64,000 bases of DNA from Longimicrobiaceae bacterium (GTDB taxonomy: Bacteria; Gemmatimonadota; Gemmatimonadetes; Longimicrobiales; Longimicrobiaceae): positions 156 through 64,155 of the forward strand of contig DASYWD010000015.1 of the NCBI GenBank assembly GCA_035936415.1, in the 5' to 3' direction. The position numbers were made by a program, and so were the translations under genes. Under the pieces are notes generated by a model. It was given only the letters and a program-made list of their open reading frames with translations. It did no database searches and had not been told where the DNA came from. Shown one piece after another: positions 1-8,845 of the stretch. Within the stretch, counting starts at the first letter, position 1. Each line of letters opens with the position of its first letter.

Positions 1-1
1 G

Positions 2-454
2 TACGACACCTGGTCGGTCCTCCCCTACGAGGTGGTCCCGGTGCGGGTGGACACCACCACGCTCCCCGACCCCTCCTGGGTCCCCGCCACGCCCGCCGTG
101 CTCCTGCGGCCGTCCCCGCACCTCTACACCCGGGTGGACTTCCCGCTGCTCCGCACCCGCGAGTTGGCGGGACTCCTCGTCGCCGGGGACGGGGTCCCCA
201 CGGCCGGCGGGGTCACGGTGGAGATCACCGCCCTCTCGACCGGCGCGGTGCAGCGCGTCCCCACCTTCAGCGACGGCGAGTACTACCTGGGGCGGCTCCG
301 CCCGGGGGAGTACGAGGTCCGGGTCGCCGCGTCCTCGCTCGCCGTCCTCGGCGCCCGCGCCGAGCCCGAGGCGGTCCGCTTCACCATCCCCGCCTCCGGC
401 GACGAGGTGCTCGTCGAAGCGCCCCCGATCCTGCTCGTGAAGCCGGAGAGCTGA
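2..454 (+). CDS. C-terminal fragment of a larger secreted/surface protein ending in a carboxypeptidase-regulatory-like beta-sandwich (5' end outside window)
   Basis: Frame is open from the window edge (YDTWSVLPYEVVPV...) and stops at 452-454. C-terminal FSDGEYYLGRLRPGEYEVRVAAS resembles CarboxypepD_reg-type domains. A hairpin plus T-run follows. Confidence 0.5.
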   Translation, partial: YDTWSVLPYEVVPVRVDTTTLPDPSWVPATPAVLLRPSPHLYTRVDFPLLRTRELAGLLVAGDGVPTAGGVTVEITALSTGAVQRVPTFSDGEYYLGRLRPGEYEVRVAASSLAVLGARAEPEAVRFTIPASGDEVLVEAPPILLVKPES

Positions 455-487
455 GCCGGCGAGGCCGTCCGGACTCCACGACGTCGA

Positions 488-530
488 AGCGGCACCGGTG
501 CACATGCCCCGGTGCCGCTGTCCGTTTTCT
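488..530 (+). terminator. Rho-independent terminator
   Basis: AGCGGCACCGG (488-498) pairs with CCGGTGCCGCT (509-519) across a 10-nt loop, followed by GTCCGTTTTCT. Confidence 0.6.
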
Positions 531-727
531 GGCCACCTCCCGTAAATCCTTACCACATACACACCTGGCGGATCTTCCGCCGGCCGCCGTACGGATCGTG
601 GACACCGGGGGACCAGAGCCTTGCGGCGTAACTCGTTGCCGCGGCGCAGGTTGGCTCTCCAGGAAGAGCGGCCCGCCGCTCGCGTTGGGAGGGGATTCAC
701 GCGATTCCCCTTCCGACGGAGGCTTCC

Positions 728-1168
728 ATGCTGCGCAGCACGCTCACGGCCATCGGCATCCTCCTCGCGGCGGCGGGCGGCCTGGAGGCGCAGACCGGGG
801 AGGTCGGGGTGTCGCTCACCATCCTGGAGCCGGTCGCCTTCTCGGCGGCGCCGCGGGCCTCCGCCGTACGGCACCGGCCCGGCGAGTTCGTTGAGGTGGC
901 GATGCCGCTGGAGCTGGCGGGGAGCGGGAGCAGGATCGTCGCGGTGGCCGCCACGGCGGGCGCCACCGACACCCCCGGCTTCCAGGTCCGCGGCGCCGAC
1001 GGAGCCTTCCAGCCGCTCACCGGCGGGCGGGGCGTGTCGCTCGGTACGAGCGGCAAGGTCGGGCCGGCCCGGTCCGCGGAGGCAACCTACCGCCTGGAGC
1101 TGAAGGGGCAGCCCGCCCCCGCGGAGCTCCGGCTCACCGTGACCTACCTCGTCGCGCCGGACGCCTGA
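728..1168 (+). CDS. Small secreted hypothetical protein (146 aa)
   Basis: ATG is preceded by GGAGG at 718-722. N-terminal signal peptide MLRSTLTAIGILLAAAGGLEAQ. No recognisable catalytic motif. Confidence 0.6.
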   Translation: MLRSTLTAIGILLAAAGGLEAQTGEVGVSLTILEPVAFSAAPRASAVRHRPGEFVEVAMPLELAGSGSRIVAVAATAGATDTPGFQVRGADGAFQPLTGGRGVSLGTSGKVGPARSAEATYRLELKGQPAPAELRLTVTYLVAPDA

Positions 1169-1203
1169 TCCCGGATCCAGGTAGTCGGGAGAGGTGATCG
1201 GGA

Positions 1204-1312
1204 GGCGGGGGGAGGCTCAGCAGGCGGTGCGTCTGTGTGAGCCCTCGCCGCAATCACGTCTCGCCGAGATGGCCGGGCGAGTTTCGCACCGCCGGAGGAG
1301 CCTCCCCCCGCC
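1204..1312. other. About 109-nt long imperfect hairpin in a convergent intergenic gap
   Basis: Perfect 15-bp inverted repeat GGCGGGGGGAGGCTC (1204-1218) / GAGCCTCCCCCCGCC (1298-1312). It is extended after a 4x4 internal loop by GGCGGTGCG / CGCACCGCC, with an inner CTCGCC...GGCGAG stem. Confidence 0.6.
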
Positions 1313-1339
1313 GACCACTCGCGACACACCCGAAGCGGA

Positions 1340-2689
1340 TCAGGACCGCTCCTCCAGCAGTCCGTGGCGCTTGCGCCGCTGCCAGAGCACCTTGCGCGAC
1401 ACCCCCAGCCGCGCCGCCGCCTCCTGCACGTTCCCCCCGAGCTCCCGCAGCGTCGCCTCGATGTAGAGCCGCTCCACCTCGTCCAGCGTGAGCCCCTTGG
1501 GGACCGGCAGCACCGACGACGCCGGCGCCCCAACCGAGCCGACGAAGGTGCTCACCCGCAGCATCGAGTCGCGCGAGAAGATCATCGACCGCTCCACCAG
1601 GTTCCGCAGCTCCCGCGCGTTCCCCGGCCAGTGGTACCCCTGGAGGCGCTCCAGGTCCTCCGGGTCCAGCTCCGGGACCGGCTTCCCGAAGTACCCCGCC
1701 GCGCGCACCACGAAGTGGTGGGCCAGCGCCGGGATGTCCGTGCGGACGTCGCGCAGGGGGGGGAGGACGTGCGACACCACGTTTAGGCGGTAGTACAGGT
1801 CGCGCCGGAACCGCCCGGCCGCCACCTCGGCCGAGAGGTCCACGTTGCTGGTGGCAACGATCCGAAGGTTGGACGACATCTCGCGCGTGGAGCCCAGCCG
1901 CCGGAAGCTCCGCGCCTCCAGGAACCCCAGGAGCTTCCCCTGCACCTCGGGCGGCATCTTCGCCACGTCGTCCAGGAGGAGCGTGCCGCTGTCGGCCACC
2001 TCCAGCAGCCCCTTCCGGGTCTGCCGCGCGTCGGGGAAGGCGCCCTTCTCGTAGCCGAACAGCTCCGCCTCCAGCACCTGCGCCGGGAGCGAGGCGCAGT
2101 TGATCTCCGCGAAGCGCGAGCGGAGCCCGTGCCCCGCGTCGTGGATGGCGCGCGCCACCAGGCTCTTCCCCGCCCCGGACTCCCCCAGGAGCAGGGCCGA
2201 CACGTGGGGGACGGACGCGACGTTGCGGACGAACTTGCGCACCTCCTCCACGAGCGGGTGCGACCCGACGATCCGGTTGGGGTCGGCGTCCCCCTCCGCC
2301 GCCGGGCGGAGGTCGCGCGCGGGGGTCTCCTCCAGGCTCCGGACGATGCGCGTCACCAGCCCCGCCGCGTCGATCGGCTTGGTGACGAAGTCGGTGGCCC
2401 CGGCCGCCAGGGAGCGCTCCGCGTCCCCCACCTCCGAGCGCGCCGTGGCGATGATGACCGGGATCCCGCGGTACGTCTGCCGGACGCGGCGGGTCAGCTC
2501 CACCCCGTCCATCCCCGGCATCACCAGGTCGCAGACGATCCCGTCCGGCGGATCGGTCTCCACCGCCTCCAGCGCCTCCTCCGCCGAGGTGAAGCCCCGG
2601 GTGCTGAAGCGCCGGAAGCGCTCCAGCTGGGCGGTGAGCAGCGCGAGCTGGATCGGGTCATCGTCGACGATGTAGACGACTGGCTGCAT
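1340..2689 (-). CDS. Sigma-54-type enhancer-binding response regulator (NtrC family), orphan, with a degenerate GAFTGA loop
   Basis: Receiver domain (YIVDDDP...DLVMPGMDG...KP). AAA+ Walker [15 protein letters not shown] sits in place of GAFTGA. C-terminal Fis-type HTH ([18 protein letters not shown]). Confidence 0.9.
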   Translation of the reverse strand: MQPVVYIVDDDPIQLALLTAQLERFRRFSTRGFTSAEEALEAVETDPPDGIVCDLVMPGMDGVELTRRVRQTYRGIPVIIATARSEVGDAERSLAAGATDFVTKPIDAAGLVTRIVRSLEETPARDLRPAAEGDADPNRIVGSHPLVEEVRKFVRNVASVPHVSALLLGESGAGKSLVARAIHDAGHGLRSRFAEINCASLPAQVLEAELFGYEKGAFPDARQTRKGLLEVADSGTLLLDDVAKMPPEVQGKLLGFLEARSFRRLGSTREMSSNLRIVATSNVDLSAEVAAGRFRRDLYYRLNVVSHVLPPLRDVRTDIPALAHHFVVRAAGYFGKPVPELDPEDLERLQGYHWPGNARELRNLVERSMIFSRDSMLRVSTFVGSVGAPASSVLPVPKGLTLDEVERLYIEATLRELGGNVQEAAARLGVSRKVLWQRRKRHGLLEERS

Positions 2690-2747
2690 GGCGCGTGCGG
2701 CGAGGAGTGGCGGGGAGCCCTGGGGAAGGCGCGGCCGGCGGCGAGGG

Positions 2748-3065
2748 TCAGTCCCTGCGCTCCCAGCGGTCGGCGTCGCGGACGCGGTACTTGGTCATGG
2801 TGCGGTCCAGCGCGTCCTGAAGGTCCACGCCCATCTGGTTGGCGAGCACCACCAGGACGAAGAGGACGTCGGCCAGCTCCAGGGCGACGTCCGCCTCCGG
2901 CTCGTCGGGCTTCTTGGTCTTGGGCCCGAAGCGGTGGTTCATCTCCCGCGCCAGCTCGCCCACCTCCTCGGTGAGGCGGGCCAGGTTCACCAGCGGGGGG
3001 AAGTACCCCTCCTTGAACTGGGAGATGTAGGCGTCGACCCGCGCCTGCGCCTCTCGAAGGTCCAT
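2748..3065 (-). CDS. MazG-like nucleotide pyrophosphohydrolase (small all-alpha type, 105 aa)
   Basis: [12 protein letters not shown] ... [26 protein letters not shown] pattern (EExxE/ExxD helices) is typical of MazG-type NTP-PPases. Confidence 0.75.
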   Translation of the reverse strand: MDLREAQARVDAYISQFKEGYFPPLVNLARLTEEVGELAREMNHRFGPKTKKPDEPEADVALELADVLFVLVVLANQMGVDLQDALDRTMTKYRVRDADRWERRD

Positions 3066-3103
3066 GTGCGGCCGGTTGGGGACGGGGTGTGGGCTCCGGC
3101 GGG

Positions 3104-3169
3104 GAACATAGGCCGGGCCCCGCGGACTGACAAGGCGCGTTGCCGGGCCGCGGGGGCGCGCCTATGTTC
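3104..3169. promoter_or_regulatory. 10-bp perfect inverted repeat GAACATAGGC/GCCTATGTTC flanking a GC-rich hairpin, 59 nt upstream of purE
   Basis: GAACATAGGC at 3104-3113 and GCCTATGTTC at 3160-3169. Inner GCCCCGCGG...CCGCGGGGC pairing. Lies in the divergent mazG-like/purE promoter region. Confidence 0.35.
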
Positions 3170-3227
3170 ACGGCTCGCGGGGGAGCGCCCCGCCGCCGTC
3201 CACACTCCGTCCGGAAGGGGAGCGTTC

Positions 3228-3728
3228 GTGAGCCAGCCGCGCGTCGGGATCATCATGGGGAGCCGCTCGGACCGGGAGACCATGCAGGAGGCCGCACGGG
3301 TCCTGGAGGAGCTGGGGATCGCGTACGAGATGGAGGTCGTCTCCGCGCACCGCACCCCCGACCGGATGTTCGCCTACGCGGAGGCCGCGGAGGGGCGCGG
3401 GATCGAGGTGATCGTCGCCGGGGCCGGGGGCGCCGCGCACCTCCCCGGGATGACCGCGGCCAAGACGGTCCTCCCCGTGATCGGCGTCCCCGTCCTCTCC
3501 TCCGCGCTGAACGGGCTGGACTCGCTCCTTTCCATCGTGCAGATGCCGAAGGGCGTCCCCGTGGCGACGGTGGCGATCGGCAGGGCCGGCGCGGCCAACG
3601 CCGGACTGCTGGCGGCCCGCATCCTGGGTAGTTGCGACCCGGAGATCCGCCAGCGCCTGCACGCCTACCGCGAGCGCATGGCCGAGGACGCGCTGCGCCC
3701 CGAGCCCCCGGCGGGGGAGGCGAAGTGA
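3228..3728 (+). CDS. purE: N5-carboxyaminoimidazole ribonucleotide mutase PurE
   Basis: GTG start at 3228. [10 protein letters not shown]...[11 protein letters not shown]...[10 protein letters not shown]...VIGVPV motifs. Stop overlaps the purK start (GTGA). Confidence 0.9.
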   Translation: MSQPRVGIIMGSRSDRETMQEAARVLEELGIAYEMEVVSAHRTPDRMFAYAEAAEGRGIEVIVAGAGGAAHLPGMTAAKTVLPVIGVPVLSSALNGLDSLLSIVQMPKGVPVATVAIGRAGAANAGLLAARILGSCDPEIRQRLHAYRERMAEDALRPEPPAGEAK

Positions 3729-4882
3729 AGCGTAGCCCCGTCCTCCCCGGCGCGACGATCGGCATCGTCGGCGGGGGGCAGCTCGGCCGGATGCTCGCGC
3801 TGGAGGCGCGCCGCATGGGGTACCGCACCCTTGTGCTCGACCCGGGTGCGGACGCGCCGGCCGCGCAGGTGTGCGACGGCCACCTCCAGGCGCCGCTCGA
3901 CGACCCGGCGGCCATCCGCGAGCTGGCGCGCCGCTCCGACGTGGTCACGCTGGAGTGGGAGAACGCCGACGTGGAAGCGCTCCGCGCCCTCCCCGACGAC
4001 GTCCGCCTCCACCCCGGCCCGCACGTGCTGGAGACCGCGCAGCACCGCGTCCGCGAAAAGGACGCCGCCCGCCGCCTGGGCCTCCCCACGGCGGAGTACC
4101 GCGCCGTCGACACCCTGGAGGGGCTCCGCGCCGCCCTGGCGGAGATCGGCACCCCCGCCGTGCTCAAGACGGCGCGCTGGGGGTACGACGGGAAGGGGCA
4201 GGCCGTGATCCGCGCCCCCGGCGAGGCCGACGCCGCCTTCGCGGCGCTGATGCGCCCGGGGATGGAGCTGATCCTGGAGGCGTTCGTCCCGTTCCGGATG
4301 GAGGTGTCGGTCGTCTGCGCCCGGACCGAGGCGGGGGAGGTGGCCTCCTTCCCCGTGGGCGAGAACGTGCACGAGCGGGGGATCCTGGACACCACCGTGG
4401 TCCCCGCGCGCATCCCGGACGCGGTCGCGGGGGAGGCGCGGCGCATCGCCGAGGCCATGGCCGAGGGGATGGGCGTGGTGGGGGTGCTCGGGGTGGAGAT
4501 GTTCCTGGAGGAGGACGGCACGCTGCGGATCAACGAGGTGGCGCCGCGTCCCCACAACTCCGGGCACTACACCTGGGAGGCGTGCGCCGTCTCGCAGTTC
4601 GAGCAGCAGCTCCGCGCGGTGTGCGGCCTCCCCCTGGGCGCCACGGAGCTGCTCCGCCCCGCCGCGATGGCGAACCTCCTGGGCGACCACGTCGGCGCCG
4701 GAGTCGGCCGACCGGAGACGGTGGAGCTGCTCCGCGACCCGGCCGTCGCGCTGCACCTGTACGGCAAGGCGGAGGGGCGCCCCGGCCGGAAGATGGGGCA
4801 TCTCACCGTCCTCGCCGACACCCCGGAGGAAGCGCTGGAGCGCGCCCTGGACGCGCGGCGCCGCTTCACGGGAGGAGGGTAG
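3725..4882 (+). CDS. purK: N5-carboxyaminoimidazole ribonucleotide synthase PurK (ATP-grasp)
   Basis: GTG at 3725 overlaps the purE stop. [15 protein letters not shown]-terminus, ATP-grasp core, C-terminal RKMGHLTV. Confidence 0.9.
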   Translation: MKRSPVLPGATIGIVGGGQLGRMLALEARRMGYRTLVLDPGADAPAAQVCDGHLQAPLDDPAAIRELARRSDVVTLEWENADVEALRALPDDVRLHPGPHVLETAQHRVREKDAARRLGLPTAEYRAVDTLEGLRAALAEIGTPAVLKTARWGYDGKGQAVIRAPGEADAAFAALMRPGMELILEAFVPFRMEVSVVCARTEAGEVASFPVGENVHERGILDTTVVPARIPDAVAGEARRIAEAMAEGMGVVGVLGVEMFLEEDGTLRINEVAPRPHNSGHYTWEACAVSQFEQQLRAVCGLPLGATELLRPAAMANLLGDHVGAGVGRPETVELLRDPAVALHLYGKAEGRPGRKMGHLTVLADTPEEALERALDARRRFTGGG

Positions 4883-5118
4883 CCGGCGCGCGAACGAGAG
4901 CCTTGCGCTCCCCGCGGAATCAGACGAATATACGATCGAGGTGCCCACGCGACGGGACGGCACCTGTCGCTCCTTCCAGACAATCCCACCCGGCGCGGGG
5001 TGCTCCGCCTCCGTGCATTCCGCCCGGCCCATCCGCAAAGCTCAGGCGCCCGGCGGGCGTTTCCGGGAAACACCCGTCTCCCTGCCGGGTAGCAACATTG
5101 GCCCAGCGCTTGCTAATC

Positions 5119-5574
5119 ATGGCAGGCGTCCCGATCAATGGAGGCCCCGTGATCCTGTACTGCAACTTCGAGGAGCTCAGAGCACTCGCCTTCGGCGCCG
5201 AGATGGTGCTGTCGGAGCCGGACGCGGCGTCGGGAGCCGCGGTCGCCGCGCCGGCGGAGGCGGTCGCGCTCATCGAGCAGCTCCTCCCGCGACTGACCGG
5301 CGACCTGAGCGTCACCTCGCTCGCCGAGCAGCAGCAGGTCCGGAAAGCCGTTTCCGTGATCTGCGACGAGCTGCGGGCCAAGATGGACGAGCGCATCGTG
5401 GACCTGAGCCCCGGCCACGAGGACGCCGTCAACACCTACTTCGACTACGCCCACTCGCGCATCGTCCTGGACCGCCTGGACCGCATGGGGTCCGAGATGT
5501 CCGCGATCGTGGAGCTGATCACCGGCGCCGCTCCCACGGAGCAGGCCGCGCAGTCGGTGACGTTCCCGGACTGA
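5119..5574 (+). CDS. Hypothetical protein (151 aa)
   Basis: ATG at 5119 in the distal part of a long shadow ORF. Non-repetitive, helix-rich sequence. Followed by a strong terminator. No recognisable family. Confidence 0.5.
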   Translation: MAGVPINGGPVILYCNFEELRALAFGAEMVLSEPDAASGAAVAAPAEAVALIEQLLPRLTGDLSVTSLAEQQQVRKAVSVICDELRAKMDERIVDLSPGHEDAVNTYFDYAHSRIVLDRLDRMGSEMSAIVELITGAAPTEQAAQSVTFPD

Positions 5575-5593
5575 GACACGAACAGGGAGCAGA

Positions 5594-5618
5594 CTGCAAC
5601 GACACTGCGAAGTGCGAC
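5594..5618. repeat. Heptamer-repeat family member (CTGCAAC..CTGCGAA GTGCGAC)
   Basis: Two adjacent units plus one degenerate unit of the GTGCGAN/TCGCACN family, directly abutting the terminator stem in a convergent gap. Confidence 0.5.
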
Positions 5619-5620
5619 AC

Positions 5621-5660
5621 GACGCCCCCGCCGGGAGATCCCGGCGGGGGCGTCGTCTTT
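5621..5660 (+). terminator. Rho-independent terminator between convergent genes
   Basis: Perfect 15-bp stem GACGCCCCCGCCGGG / CCCGGCGGGGGCGTC, loop AGAT, tail GTCTTT. Confidence 0.7.
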
Positions 5661-5696
5661 GGGTCCGGAGGCCCCCCTCCGGTAAGGGGTTACCGC

Positions 5697-7217
5697 CTAG
5701 AGAATGTACTTCCGCAGGTCCTCGTCCTCCACGATGGCCTTGAGCCGGGAGCGCACCGTCCCGGCGTCGATCACGATCTGCTTCTCGGCGGCGTCCGGGA
5801 GGTCGAAGAGGATGTCCTCCAGCAGCGTGGTGAGCACGGTGTGCAGCCGCCGGGCGCCGATGTTCTCCATCCGGTCGTTGACCGTGGCCGCGGTCCGGGC
5901 GATGGCCTCCACGCCGTCGTCGGTGAACTCCAGCGAGGCCCCGTCCGCCGCGACCAGGGCCCCGTACTGGGTGAGGAGGGCGTTCTTCGGCTCGCGGAGG
6001 ATGCGGACGAAGTCGCGCTCGGTGAGGTTGTTCAGCTCCACCCGGATGGGGAAGCGCCCCTGCAGCTCCGGGATCAGGTCCGAGGGCTTGGAGACGTGGA
6101 AGGCCCCGGCCGCGATGAAGAGCATGTGGTCGGTGCGGACCATCCCGTACTTGGTCTGCACGGTGGACCCCTCCACGATGGGGAGGAGGTCGCGCTGCAC
6201 CCCCTCGCGCGACACGTCCGGCCCCGCGACGCCGCTCCGGTCCCCGGCGATCTTGTCGATCTCGTCCAGGAAGACGATCCCCATCTGCTCCGAGCGCTCC
6301 AGCGCCTCGTCCACCACCTCGTCCATGTTGACCAGCTTGTCCAGCTCGTCCTGGAGGAGGATGCGGCGCGCCTCCGCCACCGTGACCTGGCGCCGCTTGG
6401 TGCGCTTGGGGAGGAACTCCTGCAGCATCTCGGAGAAGTTGTCCATCCCCTCCCCGCCCCCGCCCAGCGGCACCATCATGTTCTCCATCGGGAAGCTCTG
6501 CTGGACCTCCACCTCCACCTCGCGGTCCTCCAGCTTCTCGTCGCGCAGGAGCTGCCGGAACTTCTCGCGCGTCCGCTCGCGCCGCTCCTTCATCTCCCGG
6601 TCCTCACCCTCCGCGGCCGGGGACGCCTTCGCCTCCTCCGCCGCGCGGCGGTCCTCCACCTGCCCCGCGGGAGAGACCACGAAGGCCCGGAAGCGCTCCT
6701 CCAGCGTCGCCGCGGGGGAGGAGCCCGGCTTCCCGCCGTCGCCCACGGGCGGGAGGAGGAGGTCGAGGATCCGCTCCTCCACCCGCTGCTCCGCGACCTC
6801 CTGCACCTCGTCCTCGCGCTCGGTGCGGACCATGTTGATCGCCATGTCCACCAGGTCGCGGATCATGGACTCCACGTCGCGCCCCACGTAGCCCACCTCG
6901 GTGAACTTGGAGGCCTCCACCTTCACGAAGGGGGCCCCCGCGAGGCGGGCCAGCCGCCGCGCGATCTCCGTCTTCCCCACCCCGGTGGGGCCGATCATGA
7001 CGATGTTGTTGGGGACGATCTCGTCCCGCAGGTCCTCGCCCACGCGCTGGCGGCGCCAGCGGTTGCGCAGGGCGATGGCGACCGACTTCTTGGCGGCCTC
7101 CTGCCCCACGATGTACTTGTCCAGCTCCGCGACGATCTGCCGCGGGGTCATCTCGTCCAGCCAGAGCTGCTCCTGCTGCGTCTCCGGCGCGGTGTCCTGC
7201 TTCGCTTCTTCGCTCAT
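5697..7217 (-). CDS. hslU: ATP-dependent protease ATPase subunit HslU
   Basis: [16 protein letters not shown], Walker [16 protein letters not shown], long charged I-domain, C-terminal [10 protein letters not shown]. Confidence 0.95.
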   Translation of the reverse strand: MSEEAKQDTAPETQQEQLWLDEMTPRQIVAELDKYIVGQEAAKKSVAIALRNRWRRQRVGEDLRDEIVPNNIVMIGPTGVGKTEIARRLARLAGAPFVKVEASKFTEVGYVGRDVESMIRDLVDMAINMVRTEREDEVQEVAEQRVEERILDLLLPPVGDGGKPGSSPAATLEERFRAFVVSPAGQVEDRRAAEEAKASPAAEGEDREMKERRERTREKFRQLLRDEKLEDREVEVEVQQSFPMENMMVPLGGGGEGMDNFSEMLQEFLPKRTKRRQVTVAEARRILLQDELDKLVNMDEVVDEALERSEQMGIVFLDEIDKIAGDRSGVAGPDVSREGVQRDLLPIVEGSTVQTKYGMVRTDHMLFIAAGAFHVSKPSDLIPELQGRFPIRVELNNLTERDFVRILREPKNALLTQYGALVAADGASLEFTDDGVEAIARTAATVNDRMENIGARRLHTVLTTLLEDILFDLPDAAEKQIVIDAGTVRSRLKAIVEDEDLRKYIL

Positions 7218-7268
7218 CTCCGTCGGTCCTCTGCGCGGATCCCGGGGCCATCGCCGCGGGAGCGCCGG

Positions 7269-7814
7269 TCAGTCCTCCAGCTCGAGGACGGTGATGTTCC
7301 GGTTGGTGTAGATGCAGATGTCCCCCGCGATCTCCAGGCCGCGCCGCACGACCTCCGCGGCCGGGAGCGGGGAGTGCTCCTTGAGCGCCCGCGCCGCCGC
7401 CAGGGCGAACGAGCCCCCGGAGCCGATGGCGACGATGTCGTCGTCGGGCGCGATCACGTCCCCGTTCCCGGAGAGGAGGAACATGTTCTCCCGGTCGCCG
7501 ACGGCCAGGAGCGCCTCCAGCCGCCGCAGGTAGCGGTCGGAGCGCCAGTCCTTTGCCAGCTCCACCGCCGCCCGGGAGAGGTTCCCGGGGTAGCGCTCCA
7601 GCTTCTCCTCGAACTTCTCGAAGAGGGTGAAGGCGTCCGCCACCGACCCCGCGAACCCCGCCAGGACCTTCCCGTCGCGGAGCTTGCGGACCTTCTGGGC
7701 GGACCCCTTCATCACGGTGTCGCCCATGGTGACCTGGCCGTCGCCGCCCAGCGCGAGCCGGCCGTCGCGGCGGACGGCGAGGATGGTCGTGGCGTGGAAA
7801 GTGGGTATCGACAT
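7269..7814 (-). CDS. hslV: ATP-dependent protease subunit HslV
   Basis: N-terminal [12 protein letters not shown] (Thr nucleophile after processing), GDGQVT, GSGG motifs. Immediately upstream of hslU. Confidence 0.95.
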   Translation of the reverse strand: MSIPTFHATTILAVRRDGRLALGGDGQVTMGDTVMKGSAQKVRKLRDGKVLAGFAGSVADAFTLFEKFEEKLERYPGNLSRAAVELAKDWRSDRYLRRLEALLAVGDRENMFLLSGNGDVIAPDDDIVAIGSGGSFALAAARALKEHSPLPAAEVVRRGLEIAGDICIYTNRNITVLELED

Positions 7815-7840
7815 TCGCGTCGTCGTTCTCTCTCGTAGGA

Positions 7841-8845
7841 CTAGGCCCGCGGGTGCGCCTGCCGGTACACGGCCTTCAGCCGCTCCCGCGAGGTGTGCGT
7901 GTAGATCTGCGTCGTGCTCAGGCTCGCGTGACCCAGCAGCTCCTTGACGGCCACCAGGTCCGCGCCGGCGTCCACCAGGTGCGTGGCGAAGGTGTGCCGC
8001 AGCGAGTGCGTGGACAGGCCGGAGTCCTCGGACACGCCGTCAAGGAGGTTGGTCACGATCATCTGGATGCGGCGCACGGACAGGCGCCTCCCCGTCTGGC
8101 TCACGAACACGGCGCGCGGGTCGGCGCCCGGGGTGTCCTGCGTCCGCTCCTCGCGGGCGGCCAGGTAGCGGCGCGCCGCGGCGATCGCCATCCGCCCCAG
8201 GGGGACGATCCGCTCCTTCCTCCCCTTCCCCATCACCCGCACCCGCTCCGACACCAGGTCCAGGTCGCCCAGGTTCAGCCCCTGCAGCTCGGAGAGGCGC
8301 ATCCCGGTGCCGTAGAACAGCTCCACGATCGCCAGGTCGCGCAGGGGGAGGAGGCCGCCGGAGTCGGCGCGGGCCTCGGCGTAGGCGATCACCGTCTCCA
8401 TCTGCTCCGGCGTCAGGAAGCCCGGGAGCGTGCGGTCCCGCTTGGGCGAGCGCACGGCGCGCGCGGGGTTCGCTTCCAGGGCTCCCTCCACGTGCAGGAA
8501 GCGGAAGAACGAGCGCACGGCGGAGATCTTCCGGGCCACGGAGCGCTTGGCGAGTCCGCGGCGCGACACGCAGTCGCCCATGAAGGAGCGGATGGTCAGC
8601 CGGTCGATCCCGCCCCAGGTCCAGTCCGGCGTGCCGTAGTACGCCGTCAGGAAGGCCTCGAACTCGCGCAGGTCGCCCGTGTAGGCGCGCAGCGTCCGCG
8701 GGGAAAGCTGCCGCTCGCTCTCCACGTAGCGCAGGAAAGCGGCGACCGCCTCGTCCCTCGGGCGGGGCGCGGCGGTCTCCTCGGTCCGAGCGTCCTCCCG
8801 GGCGGGGGCGGGGGGCGCCTTCTTCCTCCTGTGCCGCTCCGTCAC
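7841..8845 (-). CDS. xerC: Tyrosine recombinase XerC/CodV-like
   Basis: GTG at 8845 overlaps the trmFO stop (GTGA). R...[11 protein letters not shown]...[15 protein letters not shown] catalytic signature. The rest of the 701-aa track ORF is out-of-frame overlap with trmFO. Confidence 0.85.
   Translation of the reverse strand: MTERHRRKKAPPAPAREDARTEETAAPRPRDEAVAAFLRYVESERQLSPRTLRAYTGDLREFEAFLTAYYGTPDWTWGGIDRLTIRSFMGDCVSRRGLAKRSVARKISAVRSFFRFLHVEGALEANPARAVRSPKRDRTLPGFLTPEQMETVIAYAEARADSGGLLPLRDLAIVELFYGTGMRLSELQGLNLGDLDLVSERVRVMGKGRKERIVPLGRMAIAAARRYLAAREERTQDTPGADPRAVFVSQTGRRLSVRRIQMIVTNLLDGVSEDSGLSTHSLRHTFATHLVDAGADLVAVKELLGHASLSTTQIYTHTSRERLKAVYRQAHPRA

Noticed and set aside
1204-1312. The long hairpin as SRP (4.5S) RNA or 6S RNA
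   Set aside because: On neither strand is there a GGAA tetraloop or the conserved GUCAGGUCCGGAAGGAAGCAGC-like domain IV. It is too short for 6S RNA.
3871-5574. 567-aa plus-strand ORF spanning purK and beyond
   Set aside because: It is out of frame with purK and Arg/Pro/Gly-rich until the final 151 codons. Only the distal part from ATG 5119 is kept, as a hypothetical gene.
7841-8845. Tyrosine recombinase as a marker of an integrated mobile element
   Set aside because: It is embedded in the conserved topA-trmFO-xerC-hslVU housekeeping block. There is no flanking att-like direct repeat, no phage or IS genes, and no compositional shift.
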